Assembly (NCBI GenBank): GCA_965248195.1
Contig: CBDFIQ010000002.1
Location: 1,824,001-1,888,000, forward strand
Reading direction: 5' to 3'
From: Longimicrobiales bacterium
Lineage (GTDB): Bacteria; Gemmatimonadota; Gemmatimonadetes; Longimicrobiales; Gaopeijiaceae
Length of the DNA: 64,000 nt
Shown: positions 18,064-29,839 of the stretch, piece after piece
Position numbering within the stretch: the stretch's first letter is position 1
Layout: each line of letters opens with the position of its first letter
Notes under the pieces: model-generated
Told to the model about the DNA's origin: nothing
Database searches by the model: none
Seen by the model: the letters and a program-made list of their open reading frames with translations, nothing else
Translations under genes and position numbers: made by a program

Positions 18064-19556
18064 ACCCGCTTTCGCATGCGGGCGGGAAGGATGGCGAGCT
18101 GATCCCGGTACTTCGCCACAGTTCTTCGTGCGATCTTGACCCCCTCGACCTTGAGGAGTTCAACGAGTTTCTGGTCCGTCAGGGGCTTATGGACATCTTC
18201 CTCTTCGACCAGCTTTCGGATCTTGTCCCTGACTCCCCTCGCCGAGATATCTTCGCCGCTGGTCGTCGCCAAACCGCTGGAAAAAAAATACTTGAGCGGG
18301 AAAACCCCGCGCGGAGTCTGTACGAATTTTTCATTCGTGACCCTCGACACGGTGGACTCATGCATCTCGATGTGATCGGCGACTTCCCGCAGCGTCAGCG
18401 GCCTCAAATGCTGGACGCCATGCTCGAAGAACTCACGCTGCCGGTCGACGATGAACCCCATGACTTTCAGCATCGTCTGGCGCCGCTGCTCGATCGCCTG
18501 AATGATCCAGTTCGCCGAGTTGAGCTTTCTCGAGACGAACTCCTTGTTTTCGCCCTTGAACAGCGCCTTGTCCTGCGCCAGGCTCTGGTAGGACCGCGCA
18601 ATCCGGAGCCGGGGGATACTCGTGTCGTTGACGAAAACCATGTACTCGCCGTCGATCTTCTCGACGATGAGATCAGGAACGATGTATCGCTCGGGGTCGG
18701 CCGAGTACTTCATGCCGGGCTTAGGATCGAGCTTGGCGATCTCGTCGGCCGCGCCCTGCACGTCGAGCGGCTTGAGGCTCATCTCTTTCGCCACATCGGC
18801 CCAGCGGTGGTTGACCAGATCGTCGAAGTGGCCCTCCGCGATCTGATAGGTTACCGAATCGGCCCTCCCGAGCAGGCGCAGTTGGATCAGGATCGACTCC
18901 CGGAGATCGCGTGCGCCCACGCCCGGTGGATCAAAGGCCTGAATGCTCGTGAGCATCGCTTCGGCCTCGGGCAGGTGGTACGGCTTGAATAGCGCATCCA
19001 ACTCCGCCTGGGCCCCGTCGGAATCCTCGAGGGCGTCGATCTCTTCCTGGGCAGCCGGACGCAAATCAAGCAACCACGAATTCACCCCGGTCACGACGTC
19101 TTCGAGTTCGCACGTCAACGTGCCGGCGTCGTTTACGTTTCCGATGACCTCTTCCCCAAGGCGCGCCTCACGCTCGCTGAGATCGAGAAGCCGGAGTTGG
19201 CCGTAGAGGTGATCGCGAAGATCAGTCGTGTCGACCGGCGTGCGTTGATACAGCTCGATCGGCTCGTACTGCTCACGCCGCCCACCCACGTCGAAACCGT
19301 CCAGAAGTATTCCTTCCCAATCGATCTCGTCATCAGGTGGATCGTCTTTGCCCTCTTCCTTGAGTTCTACGTCATCGTCGGCATCTGCCTCGGTCATCTC
19401 GAGGAACGGATTCTCCTCCAGCTCCGCCTTGAGGTGCTGTTGAAGGTCGAGCAGTGGCATATAGAGCAACTCCATCGCCTGATACAGGCGTGGGTTTATC
19501 TTCATCTCCTGGCGGAGCTGTTGGCTCTGAAAGAGCTTGGTGCTGAATCCGCTCAT
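18060..19556 (-). CDS. rpoN: RNA polymerase sigma-54 factor
   Basis: [16 protein letters not shown] and RpoN box ARRTVAKYR. Confidence 0.98.
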   Translation of the reverse strand: MSGFSTKLFQSQQLRQEMKINPRLYQAMELLYMPLLDLQQHLKAELEENPFLEMTEADADDDVELKEEGKDDPPDDEIDWEGILLDGFDVGGRREQYEPIELYQRTPVDTTDLRDHLYGQLRLLDLSEREARLGEEVIGNVNDAGTLTCELEDVVTGVNSWLLDLRPAAQEEIDALEDSDGAQAELDALFKPYHLPEAEAMLTSIQAFDPPGVGARDLRESILIQLRLLGRADSVTYQIAEGHFDDLVNHRWADVAKEMSLKPLDVQGAADEIAKLDPKPGMKYSADPERYIVPDLIVEKIDGEYMVFVNDTSIPRLRIARSYQSLAQDKALFKGENKEFVSRKLNSANWIIQAIEQRRQTMLKVMGFIVDRQREFFEHGVQHLRPLTLREVADHIEMHESTVSRVTNEKFVQTPRGVFPLKYFFSSGLATTSGEDISARGVRDKIRKLVEEEDVHKPLTDQKLVELLKVEGVKIARRTVAKYRDQLAILPARMRKRV

Positions 19557-20416
19557 GAAGTCTTCGGTCGCCCTCCAGCGCGAGGCTTCTCGAACCGGCC
19601 CCTCATCCGCTCGGTCAGCGAGGGGCCCAAGTAGATTCTCGCCACCTCATCGTCCCACACGAGTTCAGAAACGTTGCCACTTATGCGAATTTGACCCTCA
19701 TACATAATGTACGCTCGATCGACGATCTCCAGGGTTTGTTCAACATTGTGGTCGGAAATGATGATGCCGATTCCCCGACCCTTGAGGGAGGCCACGATGT
19801 CCTGGATGTCGTGAACCGCGATCGGGTCGATGCCAGCAAACGGCTCGTCGAGAAGCATGAATTTGGGCCGCTGCACCAGAGCCCGTGTGATCTCCAGCCG
19901 TCTCCGCTCCCCACCCGAAAGTGAATACGCCATGTTCCGTCGTAGGTGGCCGAGGGAGAGCTCCTCCAAGAGGTCCTCGAGTCGAGCCGCTTCCTCATCC
20001 TTGGAGAGTCTCAAGGTCTCCAGGATCGCCTTCACGTTTTGTTCGACGGTGAGCCTCCGAAAAACGGACGGCTCCTGAGCCAGGTACCCGACACCCTTAC
20101 GGGCCCGCCGGTACATCGGAACATCGCTCAAATTCTCTTCGTCGAGGAACACTCGGCCACGGTCAGGCGGAATCAATCCGACAAGCATGTAAAACGTCGT
20201 GGTCTTCCCCGCCCCATTGGGCCCCAAAAGGCCGACAATCTCCCCCTGGGTCACGGAGATGGCGATATCGTCCACCACCCGTCGCTTTCGATAGATCTTC
20301 GTTAGGCCCTCACCTCGGAGCCGGCTCGGCACCTCGAGCTCCGTGTCGGACCCGGCCGGTGAGGACAGCCCATCCATGCCCTCCTCGGGCCGGGGTCCCG
20401 AATCGAGGTCACTCAC
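19553..20416 (-). CDS. lptB: LPS export ABC transporter ATP-binding protein
   Basis: [30 protein letters not shown]; start uncertain (GTG 20416 or a downstream ATG). Confidence 0.95.
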   Translation of the reverse strand: MSDLDSGPRPEEGMDGLSSPAGSDTELEVPSRLRGEGLTKIYRKRRVVDDIAISVTQGEIVGLLGPNGAGKTTTFYMLVGLIPPDRGRVFLDEENLSDVPMYRRARKGVGYLAQEPSVFRRLTVEQNVKAILETLRLSKDEEAARLEDLLEELSLGHLRRNMAYSLSGGERRRLEITRALVQRPKFMLLDEPFAGIDPIAVHDIQDIVASLKGRGIGIIISDHNVEQTLEIVDRAYIMYEGQIRISGNVSELVWDDEVARIYLGPSLTERMRGRFEKPRAGGRPKTS

Positions 20417-21914
20417 GCGCTGCTCCGTTCCCACCGGGTAGAACGCTATCGGGCGGCGGCGGCGGTGCGCGTCTCGGCTGCAGGTAGACCCCCGTAGGAT
20501 TATCCACTTCCATTCTCTCCACCTCACCATCCTTCATGTAGAGACGCACCTCGTCGCCGATGACGTAATTGAGCTCGAGCGCCGGAGGTCCTGCGACCCC
20601 ACCCGCGACCGCCGGCTCCGGGGCCGACCTGTAAAAGCTACGCGCCTCACCACGAGCGACGAGTAAGTCGATGTGCCGCCCGCTCGGCTCGGCGGCCTCC
20701 GGTACATCCGCGGGGGGCTCGCCGGGATCCAACGAATCCGATCGGAAAGTCGCGATGATCGTGTCCCCCTCGATCCAGTCGGACCGGATGAGCTCGTCGG
20801 TGGTGTCCGTGTTCAGTGAATCTCTTGCCGTCGATACGCCGCGGGCGGTCCCCGTTGCGGTTACCCGCTCCAGCTCGCCTCCCGATAAGTCAGCCTGGAT
20901 GGAATCGCCGCTCAAGACAAAGTCCTCGGCCACCGCTTGGGGCTGCGTCGGATTGGCAGATAGAGCGGGCTGGTCCGCCCCCCCGCTCACCGGGGTGAGA
21001 TCTTCCTCGACAGCCCGTCGGACGGCGAACGCGCGTTCCAATTCCTCCTCGTCGAAGACAAGGCGAATCATCGGTCCCCGCATATCAACGTCCTCCGCCA
21101 ACAGCCGGGCCTCGCCTCGTGCTTCTATTTGGTCAATCCGATCGTTGGGCAGAACCATCGTGATCGTGTCTCCTCGCACGTCCAACGTGTCCCCCGACAG
21201 GGTGTCCTGAGAAAGGATGCGAGCGTTCTCGAAGAGGATCAGCGACCCGATGTCCTGTTGAAATTCCAAGGAATCGCCGTAGGCCTGCATGGTTCCCTGG
21301 GTGAGCTCCACCCGTCCCCGCGCCTGGAACAGGCGATCGCCCACCAGGTGGATCACGTCCGCGTCGACCTCGTAGGGTACAGACTCTTCCGAATTTTCCT
21401 GCTGAAAAGCTTCAGCGGGGTCCTGCAGGGACATCGAGTCCGACCTCACTCTCGGAACGAGGCGTGCGTGTGGCCGGCCCTCCCGCACCGTCACCTCCTC
21501 CTCGGGACGATCGTCGCCCTCTTGAATAAGGACGAGATCCTCTCCGGTCACCCAGGACCCGTCCTCGAGGTTGATCAACCGGACGGACCCCTGAGCTTGG
21601 AGCCGGCCCACGCCGTCGAAGTATTGGGCCCGGTCGGCGTACAATTCCCTTTGGTCGTTCCGAAATATCACGTTGCCGAACAGCTGGTGGAAGGAGGTGG
21701 CCTGGAATGTGACCGAGCTGTCCGCTTCGATTCGCATTCCGTCATCACACTCGAAACGCGGAACGGAGAAGTAGCTCACGCGCGAATCATTCGTCTGGTT
21801 CGATACGACCCGGCGTGAGCTTGTGAGCTCACAAGACTGCTGCCCGGCTGCCTCCGTCCCCCCGAAAAGAAGGGCGAGGCCCACCAGAAGGAGGCGAAGG
21901 GCCCGGCTGGACAT
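20409..21914 (-). CDS. Long LptA/OstA-like beta-jellyroll periplasmic protein
   Basis: Signal peptide; repeated ADS/GDS/GDT beta-jellyroll motifs; lies between lptC and lptB. Confidence 0.75.
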   Translation of the reverse strand: MSSRALRLLLVGLALLFGGTEAAGQQSCELTSSRRVVSNQTNDSRVSYFSVPRFECDDGMRIEADSSVTFQATSFHQLFGNVIFRNDQRELYADRAQYFDGVGRLQAQGSVRLINLEDGSWVTGEDLVLIQEGDDRPEEEVTVREGRPHARLVPRVRSDSMSLQDPAEAFQQENSEESVPYEVDADVIHLVGDRLFQARGRVELTQGTMQAYGDSLEFQQDIGSLILFENARILSQDTLSGDTLDVRGDTITMVLPNDRIDQIEARGEARLLAEDVDMRGPMIRLVFDEEELERAFAVRRAVEEDLTPVSGGADQPALSANPTQPQAVAEDFVLSGDSIQADLSGGELERVTATGTARGVSTARDSLNTDTTDELIRSDWIEGDTIIATFRSDSLDPGEPPADVPEAAEPSGRHIDLLVARGEARSFYRSAPEPAVAGGVAGPPALELNYVIGDEVRLYMKDGEVERMEVDNPTGVYLQPRRAPPPPPDSVLPGGNGAARE

Positions 21915-22468
21915 CAGAAGCGGACCGTCCCTCCGCGCGTCCGAGCATTCCGAATGAGGACCCGCTCAAAATTCAGGTCCGAGTTGAAGCTCGTTCCCTC
22001 CACCACGTCGTCCCCGTCGTACATCACAGTGGCGGAGTCGCTTCGGATCACGTTGGCATCAGGACTGTAGCGTAACTCGTAGCTCTCGATTCTCCGGCCA
22101 TCCGCTCGGATAAGCAGGACCGCGTTGCCCTCCGCGTGCAATTCGTTCGATTCTGTATCCAGCCTGCCCCGGTCGGAGGTCACGATCGCCTTCTCGGTAC
22201 CGAGTTCTTCGTTGTACGCCGTCAACTTCACGCTTCCACGAAGCAGCGCGACCGTCGAGTCTTGAAAGAACAGGGCTGTGTCCGCCTCCACGACGGCCTC
22301 CCGGACCCCCCGGCGGGTCAGATAATGCGTGAGTCCGAAGATGATGTAGTCGGCCTCAGTAGCCGCCAATTCCGGGTCGACGACCATCCTGGGGGGGCTT
22401 TCGGTGCACGCCGCGAACAAAAGTACGCCGGCCAAAACCTGCGCACATAACACCCTACTGGTAGCCAC
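21914..22468 (-). CDS. lptC: LPS export periplasmic protein LptC
   Basis: Lipobox-like FAAC, ADTA/SDRG/GNAV jellyroll pattern and synteny; start uncertain. Confidence 0.8.
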   Translation of the reverse strand: MATSRVLCAQVLAGVLLFAACTESPPRMVVDPELAATEADYIIFGLTHYLTRRGVREAVVEADTALFFQDSTVALLRGSVKLTAYNEELGTEKAIVTSDRGRLDTESNELHAEGNAVLLIRADGRRIESYELRYSPDANVIRSDSATVMYDGDDVVEGTSFNSDLNFERVLIRNARTRGGTVRF

Positions 22469-22568
22469 TATAGGGCCCTCGACTTCATAAGTGCATACAC
22501 CGCCTTTTCTACCCGAAGTTTGATTTTTCGTCCCAGAGGGGCCATCGGTCTCCAAGCGGTCCACGGCG

Positions 22569-23138
22569 TCACTCCTGGGAACGGGCTTCACGATACTCGC
22601 GGACCAACCCGTCCCACTCTCCCCTTGCCGTCAGTAGCTCACGTGCGAATTCCCTGACGGCACCCCGGCCGCCGCGAGCCTGAGTGGTCCAGCGAGACAC
22701 AGCTTGGACCTCCGGCACGGCATTCGAGACGGCAACAGGGAGGGCGACACGCTCCAGGACCGGAAGATCCGCAAGGTCATCCCCGACCATGGCGGCCTCC
22801 TGCCACCCGAGACCCCGGTCATCCAGCAGCTTCTGCACGATGGGTAGCTTCTTGGCGTCCGGATCCTGGTGGCACTCATCGACCCCGAGCTCTTCCGCAC
22901 GCCATGCCGTGGCTTCCGAGACACGTCCCGAAACAATCGCCACCGCGATCCCCGCCCAGCGGAGCATCTTGACCCCCAAACCATCCTGGATGTCGAAGCG
23001 TTTGAGTTCTATCGCCTTCTGGCCGGGCCGGGCGCCGACGTAGACACCACCGTCGGTCAGGACACCGTCCACATCGAGTACGACCAGCCGTATGCGACCC
23101 GCTATTTGGGGATCGATGTCCCCCGACGGACCAGCCAT
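22569..23138 (-). CDS. kdsC: KDO 8-phosphate phosphatase (HAD)
   Basis: LDVDGVLTDG, GDDLAD, GGRGAVRE. Confidence 0.93.
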   Translation of the reverse strand: MAGPSGDIDPQIAGRIRLVVLDVDGVLTDGGVYVGARPGQKAIELKRFDIQDGLGVKMLRWAGIAVAIVSGRVSEATAWRAEELGVDECHQDPDAKKLPIVQKLLDDRGLGWQEAAMVGDDLADLPVLERVALPVAVSNAVPEVQAVSRWTTQARGGRGAVREFARELLTARGEWDGLVREYREARSQE

Positions 23139-23144
23139 GGGTCG

Positions 23145-23974
23145 TCAGCCCGCGGGGGCAGGAACCCCGGGGTCGCCCTCGGTCAGGCCGACCTCGGCCA
23201 CGGCAGCTCGAATCGCGATAACACTTTCCAGCAGCGGCTTCAGCTGGTCCAGTGGAAGCATGGTGGTGCCATCGGACGGAGCGCTTCCAGGATCCGGATG
23301 CACCTCCAGAAAGAGGCCGTCACATCCGGCCGCAACGGAGGCCCGCACGAGGGGCGGTACGAATTCTGGATCGCCCCCACTGGATCCCGAGGCGCGGCCC
23401 GGCCGCTGGAGGGAGTGGGTGCCGTCGAAGATGACCGGCACCCCGCACGCAGCGCGGATCCGCTGAAACGAACGCATGTCGACGATCAGGTCTCCATATC
23501 CGAAGAACGTGCCCCGCTCAGTCACCGTTACGCTGGGCGCTCCGGCCTCCCGGGCCTTCTCAACGGCGCCAAGCATGTCTTCTGGGGTCATCCACTGGCC
23601 CTTCTTGATGTTGACGATTTTCTCGGTTTCACCCGCAGCTCGAAGCAAGTCGGTCTGGCGGCAAAGAAACGCAGGAATTTGAAGTATATCCGCGACTCGG
23701 GCCGCCGCCGCCGCCTGTTCAACCTCGTGGACGTCCGTGAGGACCGGAAGACCGGTCTCCACCTTCACGTGCCGCAGTTGCTCGAGCCCGTCCTCAAGGC
23801 CGGGCCCCCGAGGTGAGTTGGCTCTCGAACGGTTCGCCTTGTCAAACGAGGCTTTGAACACGACGGGAATCCCCACCGTGGACGAAAGCCAAGCCAACTG
23901 TCGGCCGATCTCTACGTTGAGGCCATCGTCTTCGAGAACGCAAGGACCGGCGATCAACGTGAACCGGTCGAGCA

Positions 23975-23975
<1 letters not shown>
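23145..23975 (-). CDS. kdsA: KDO 8-phosphate synthase
   Basis: IAGPCV, KASFDKANRS, QIPAFLCRQTDL. Confidence 0.97.
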
Positions 23976-26451
<2,476 letters not shown>

Positions 26452-26468
26452 GAAGCGATGCCTGTTGC

Positions 26469-26485
26469 CGCAAATATCACGCCAA
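26469..26485 (-). promoter_or_regulatory. Candidate sigma54 (-24/-12) promoter upstream of kdsB
   Basis: Minus strand TTGGCGTGATATTTGCG gives GG-N10-GC with TTGC. Confidence 0.5.
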
Positions 26486-26585
26486 TCAAGTTATGCGAGG
26501 CAGAGTAGGGTTGGCAACGCCTGACCCCTACAGAGGACAGCTCGCGAGCGCTCGCCCGCCGTACGCCCTGCTTGTGAGAGCCTCT

Positions 26586-27161
26586 CTAAAGAGCCAAGAA
26601 ATTCGCCAGCAGAGTCTTGCCGTGCTCCGAAAAAAGCGACTCGGGGTGGAACTGCACCCCCCAAACCGGCCGATCGCGGTGGCGGATCGCTTGAATCTCC
26701 TCGACTCCGTCCTTCTCTCCACTCCACGCTACCGGAATCAAGCTGTCCGGGAGCACCCCCGCATCCGTCACCAGGGAGTGGTAGCGCGCCACCGTGAACG
26801 GCGACGGGATCCCCCGGAAGATTCCCTCCCCACTATGCCGGGTCGGGGCCGTTTTTCCGTGCATGACCCGCTCCGCACGTACCGTCCTTCCCCCGAAGGC
26901 TTCACCCAAAGCCTGATGACCCAGGCAAACCCCCAGCATGGGTATCGAAGGATCCAACGATCGAAACAGCTCAACGCTTACCCCGGCTTCACGCGGCGTG
27001 CACGGGCCAGGAGAAACCACCACGCACGACGGCGTCATAGCCCGAATTTCTTCCACGCTTCGTTCGTCGTTTCGGGAGACCGCGACGTCCGCGCCCAACT
27101 CGCCCAGCAACTGGACGAGATTGAAGGTGAACGAATCGTAATTATCGATGACGAGTAGCAT
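26586..27161 (-). CDS. Anthranilate/aminodeoxychorismate synthase component II (TrpG/PabA)
   Basis: IDNYDSFTFNL, SPGPCTP, GVCLGHQ, RYHSL, GVQFHPES. Confidence 0.95.
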   Translation of the reverse strand: MLLVIDNYDSFTFNLVQLLGELGADVAVSRNDERSVEEIRAMTPSCVVVSPGPCTPREAGVSVELFRSLDPSIPMLGVCLGHQALGEAFGGRTVRAERVMHGKTAPTRHSGEGIFRGIPSPFTVARYHSLVTDAGVLPDSLIPVAWSGEKDGVEEIQAIRHRDRPVWGVQFHPESLFSEHGKTLLANFLAL

Positions 27162-27306
27162 GCCCAAAGGTGGCTCCCCCCGCCGGCTCAGACCAGACCT
27201 CGAGGCCCCCATGAATCACCCTGGACAACCCGTAACAAAGGGGAGGATACCGGGTGTAAAAGGAAGTCCGGGCTGCTCCCCCGGTGTCTGGGCCACGGAG
27301 ACGCCT

Positions 27307-28338
27307 TTGTTCACTCAATGTTTGCTTTGTCACACGCCGTTCCCGCCGAACGAGGAGTTGCAATACTTCACGACCTCCACTCGCGTGGCCTACGATGCGG
27401 TACGTGGACGTCTCTGGGCGATCTGCAGGTCCTGCAAGAGGTGGTCACTCGCCCCCATCGAAGAGCGTTGGGAGGCCCTCGAGGAACTGGAGAAGGTGGT
27501 GAGGGACAGAGCGAAGCTCCTCTCACAGACCGATAACGTCGCCCTTCTGCGGGCTGGCGAGCTCGATGTCGTTCGGGTAGGCCGCGCAAACCTCACCGAG
27601 GAGGCTTGGTGGAGGTACGGGCGGGAGCTCACCCACCGAGCAGCGAAGCATCAGAAGCTCACCTTCATAGGAACCGCAGCGGCTGCCGCCGCGATTGCGG
27701 GAGGCTGGGCCAGCGGTGGCATCGGCTGGCTCGGTGCATGGCTTGTCTGGGAGAACGCGCCGCAGCAGCTGACGCAGGCCGCCCGATGGCTCCGCTTCGG
27801 CGGAAGCGCTTGGCGGGGCAACCGGCCCTGCACCCGCTGTGGACAAATTTTCCGGAGTGTCACCTACCAGGATCGTACACAGCTGATCCTTTCGCCCGGG
27901 ACCGGCAAAGGGCATGCCTTATCCGTGACTCAACGTTGCCCCGTGTGTGGCGACCTCGAGGCAGGAGGTCTGCACCTTCGGGGCAAGGAGGGGGAATACG
28001 TTTCGCGGCGGCTACTCGCTTATCACCATCACACGGGTGCCTCCGAGAAGCGTGTACGCTCTGCGACGCGGCTCATCGAGGAGGCCGGTAGCCCCGAAGA
28101 CCTCACACGCATCGTCATCAAAGAGGGGCGACGGCTCGGCGATCTCCAACGGACCGGCGCCATCGCCTTGGAGATCGCGGCCAATGACACCCTCGAACAG
28201 CGCCTCCTCGAGCTCGAACTCGCCGAAATCGAAGCCCACTGGAAGGAAGAGGAAGAACTCGCCTCTATCATCGATGGAGAGCTCACACCCCTGCCTTTGG
28301 TCGAGAGGCTCCGCAGGAAGGTCCCCCGGGTCGGGTGA
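27307..28338 (+). CDS. Hypothetical protein with four CxxC motifs, a hydrophobic hairpin and an acidic C-terminal helix
   Basis: GGAG then TTG start; CLLC, CRSC, CTRC, CPVC; long ORF filling the gap between minus-strand genes. Confidence 0.75.
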   Translation: MFTQCLLCHTPFPPNEELQYFTTSTRVAYDAVRGRLWAICRSCKRWSLAPIEERWEALEELEKVVRDRAKLLSQTDNVALLRAGELDVVRVGRANLTEEAWWRYGRELTHRAAKHQKLTFIGTAAAAAAIAGGWASGGIGWLGAWLVWENAPQQLTQAARWLRFGGSAWRGNRPCTRCGQIFRSVTYQDRTQLILSPGTGKGHALSVTQRCPVCGDLEAGGLHLRGKEGEYVSRRLLAYHHHTGASEKRVRSATRLIEEAGSPEDLTRIVIKEGRRLGDLQRTGAIALEIAANDTLEQRLLELELAEIEAHWKEEEELASIIDGELTPLPLVERLRRKVPRVG

Positions 28339-28346
28339 GGTAGGGC

Positions 28347-29627
28347 TTACTCTTCTAGGATCCAATCCCTCAGCGCGCGCCACTTGGGAGCCTCATCTTC
28401 GGGCTGGCCGGTATACTCCTTGAAGCCGAAAGCCGCACCCTCATAGTGCTCGGTGGTTGCAACGTAGTGCTGGAAGTTGTCCAGTCCTGCCATCTCCAGT
28501 TCGTCCAGAAGTTGGAGATAGAAATCGTAGATCACCGGGCTCCGATTCGCCACGTCTGCGTTCATGAGGGTGTGGGTCCCACCTTCGTAGGCGCTCAAGC
28601 GAACGTCGGTGTACCCGGCTTGGTCGAGTCCTGATCGTGTAAGCTGGAACCCTTGGATAATCCTGTCGAGATCACTCTGTAGTTCCGCGTCGAAAAGCGT
28701 GGGGGACGCTCCATCGTGTTCCGCACCCACATAGGCAGCCATCGACCACTCGTCGGGCCGAAGCCCGTTCGGGTTGATGACAGGGTCCTGTAGCGCATCG
28801 ACGAGGAGGCCACCCTCCCAGAAAAAATCTTCGTCGTTTACCGTCGCGATGACCTTGACCAACCGGTCGTCATCGCCGAACTCATCGATAAACGCTTGCC
28901 AGATCCTGACCGACGCGTACACGTAGTACCGGGATCGGGCAACATTCGGATCTTCGGAAAGACCGAGCTCCATACCCAGGTCGGATGCCACGGTGAACTG
29001 GCCGTTTACTCCCGGCACGTCGTCCCACCAGGCTCCCTCCGAGTAATCGGGATTCCATACCTCGTTGGAGTACTCCACGTAGATATTGAGCTCGGGGTCG
29101 AGTTGGTCATGCACGAGTCTCGCCAATTCAGCGACGTAATCCTCGCTCGCCTTGGCTGGAATGTTGATCCAGTAGTTAGCGTCTAGCGTATTGCACAGGC
29201 GGATCGACCATTCATACGGCATCGCCAGGTCCTGCCACCCGCTCAGATGGACTTGATGGGTCGGCGGCGTCCGATCGGACCACTCCACGTCATTGCTGAA
29301 GCTGACCGAATGGAATTGGTGGAATCGGATCGTCTCGAAAGGTGCCATATCCGCGAGAAACGGCTCGTAGAAGGGCTGATCACCGGGGACCCAGGCTGCG
29401 GTATTGTAGCCCTCAGCGAAGAGTCGCATGCCAGCGGCTGGGTTGTAGAACCCACTGTTGATTCCTACTCCCATGGTCCCCGTCCGGGGTGCACGGACTT
29501 GCTCCACCCCCGACTCGAGGAGATCCTCGTCCACGAGGGGAGCCGACGGGTCGGTGTAGCAACCACCCGTGAGAGTGAGAAAACTGAGTATCAATACGCC
29601 TTGGCTAGAGCCGCTACGCCACGTCAC
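28347..29627 (-). CDS. Acidic lipoprotein, putative clan GH-A-like glycoside hydrolase
   Basis: AAGGAGG RBS; lipobox TGGC; WINIP, IYVEYSNEVWN and AYEGG motifs. Confidence 0.65.
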   Translation of the reverse strand: MTWRSGSSQGVLILSFLTLTGGCYTDPSAPLVDEDLLESGVEQVRAPRTGTMGVGINSGFYNPAAGMRLFAEGYNTAAWVPGDQPFYEPFLADMAPFETIRFHQFHSVSFSNDVEWSDRTPPTHQVHLSGWQDLAMPYEWSIRLCNTLDANYWINIPAKASEDYVAELARLVHDQLDPELNIYVEYSNEVWNPDYSEGAWWDDVPGVNGQFTVASDLGMELGLSEDPNVARSRYYVYASVRIWQAFIDEFGDDDRLVKVIATVNDEDFFWEGGLLVDALQDPVINPNGLRPDEWSMAAYVGAEHDGASPTLFDAELQSDLDRIIQGFQLTRSGLDQAGYTDVRLSAYEGGTHTLMNADVANRSPVIYDFYLQLLDELEMAGLDNFQHYVATTEHYEGAAFGFKEYTGQPEDEAPKWRALRDWILEE

Positions 29628-29665
29628 TGGACCTCCTTAAGGCCTGAATAAGGGTCGACACAGCG

Positions 29666-29682
29666 TGCATGGGTCGTGCCAA
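29666..29682 (-). promoter_or_regulatory. Candidate sigma54 promoter for the GH-like gene
   Basis: Minus strand TTGGCACGACCCATGCA (TGGCACG, GG-N10-GC) about 40 nt upstream of the start codon. Confidence 0.65.
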
Positions 29683-29839
29683 GGGACTGCGAGTGGTCAC
29701 CACGGAGGATCGTGATGCGGCCTCAGCGATGACCTTTCGGGTGCCGGGGAGCCACCTCCGCCGGATGGGTCGGAAAATCGAGGTTGTAGTGCATCCTGCA
29801 ACGGATCTGGAAGGCTGCGAGGGATCGGGGCGGATTCTC

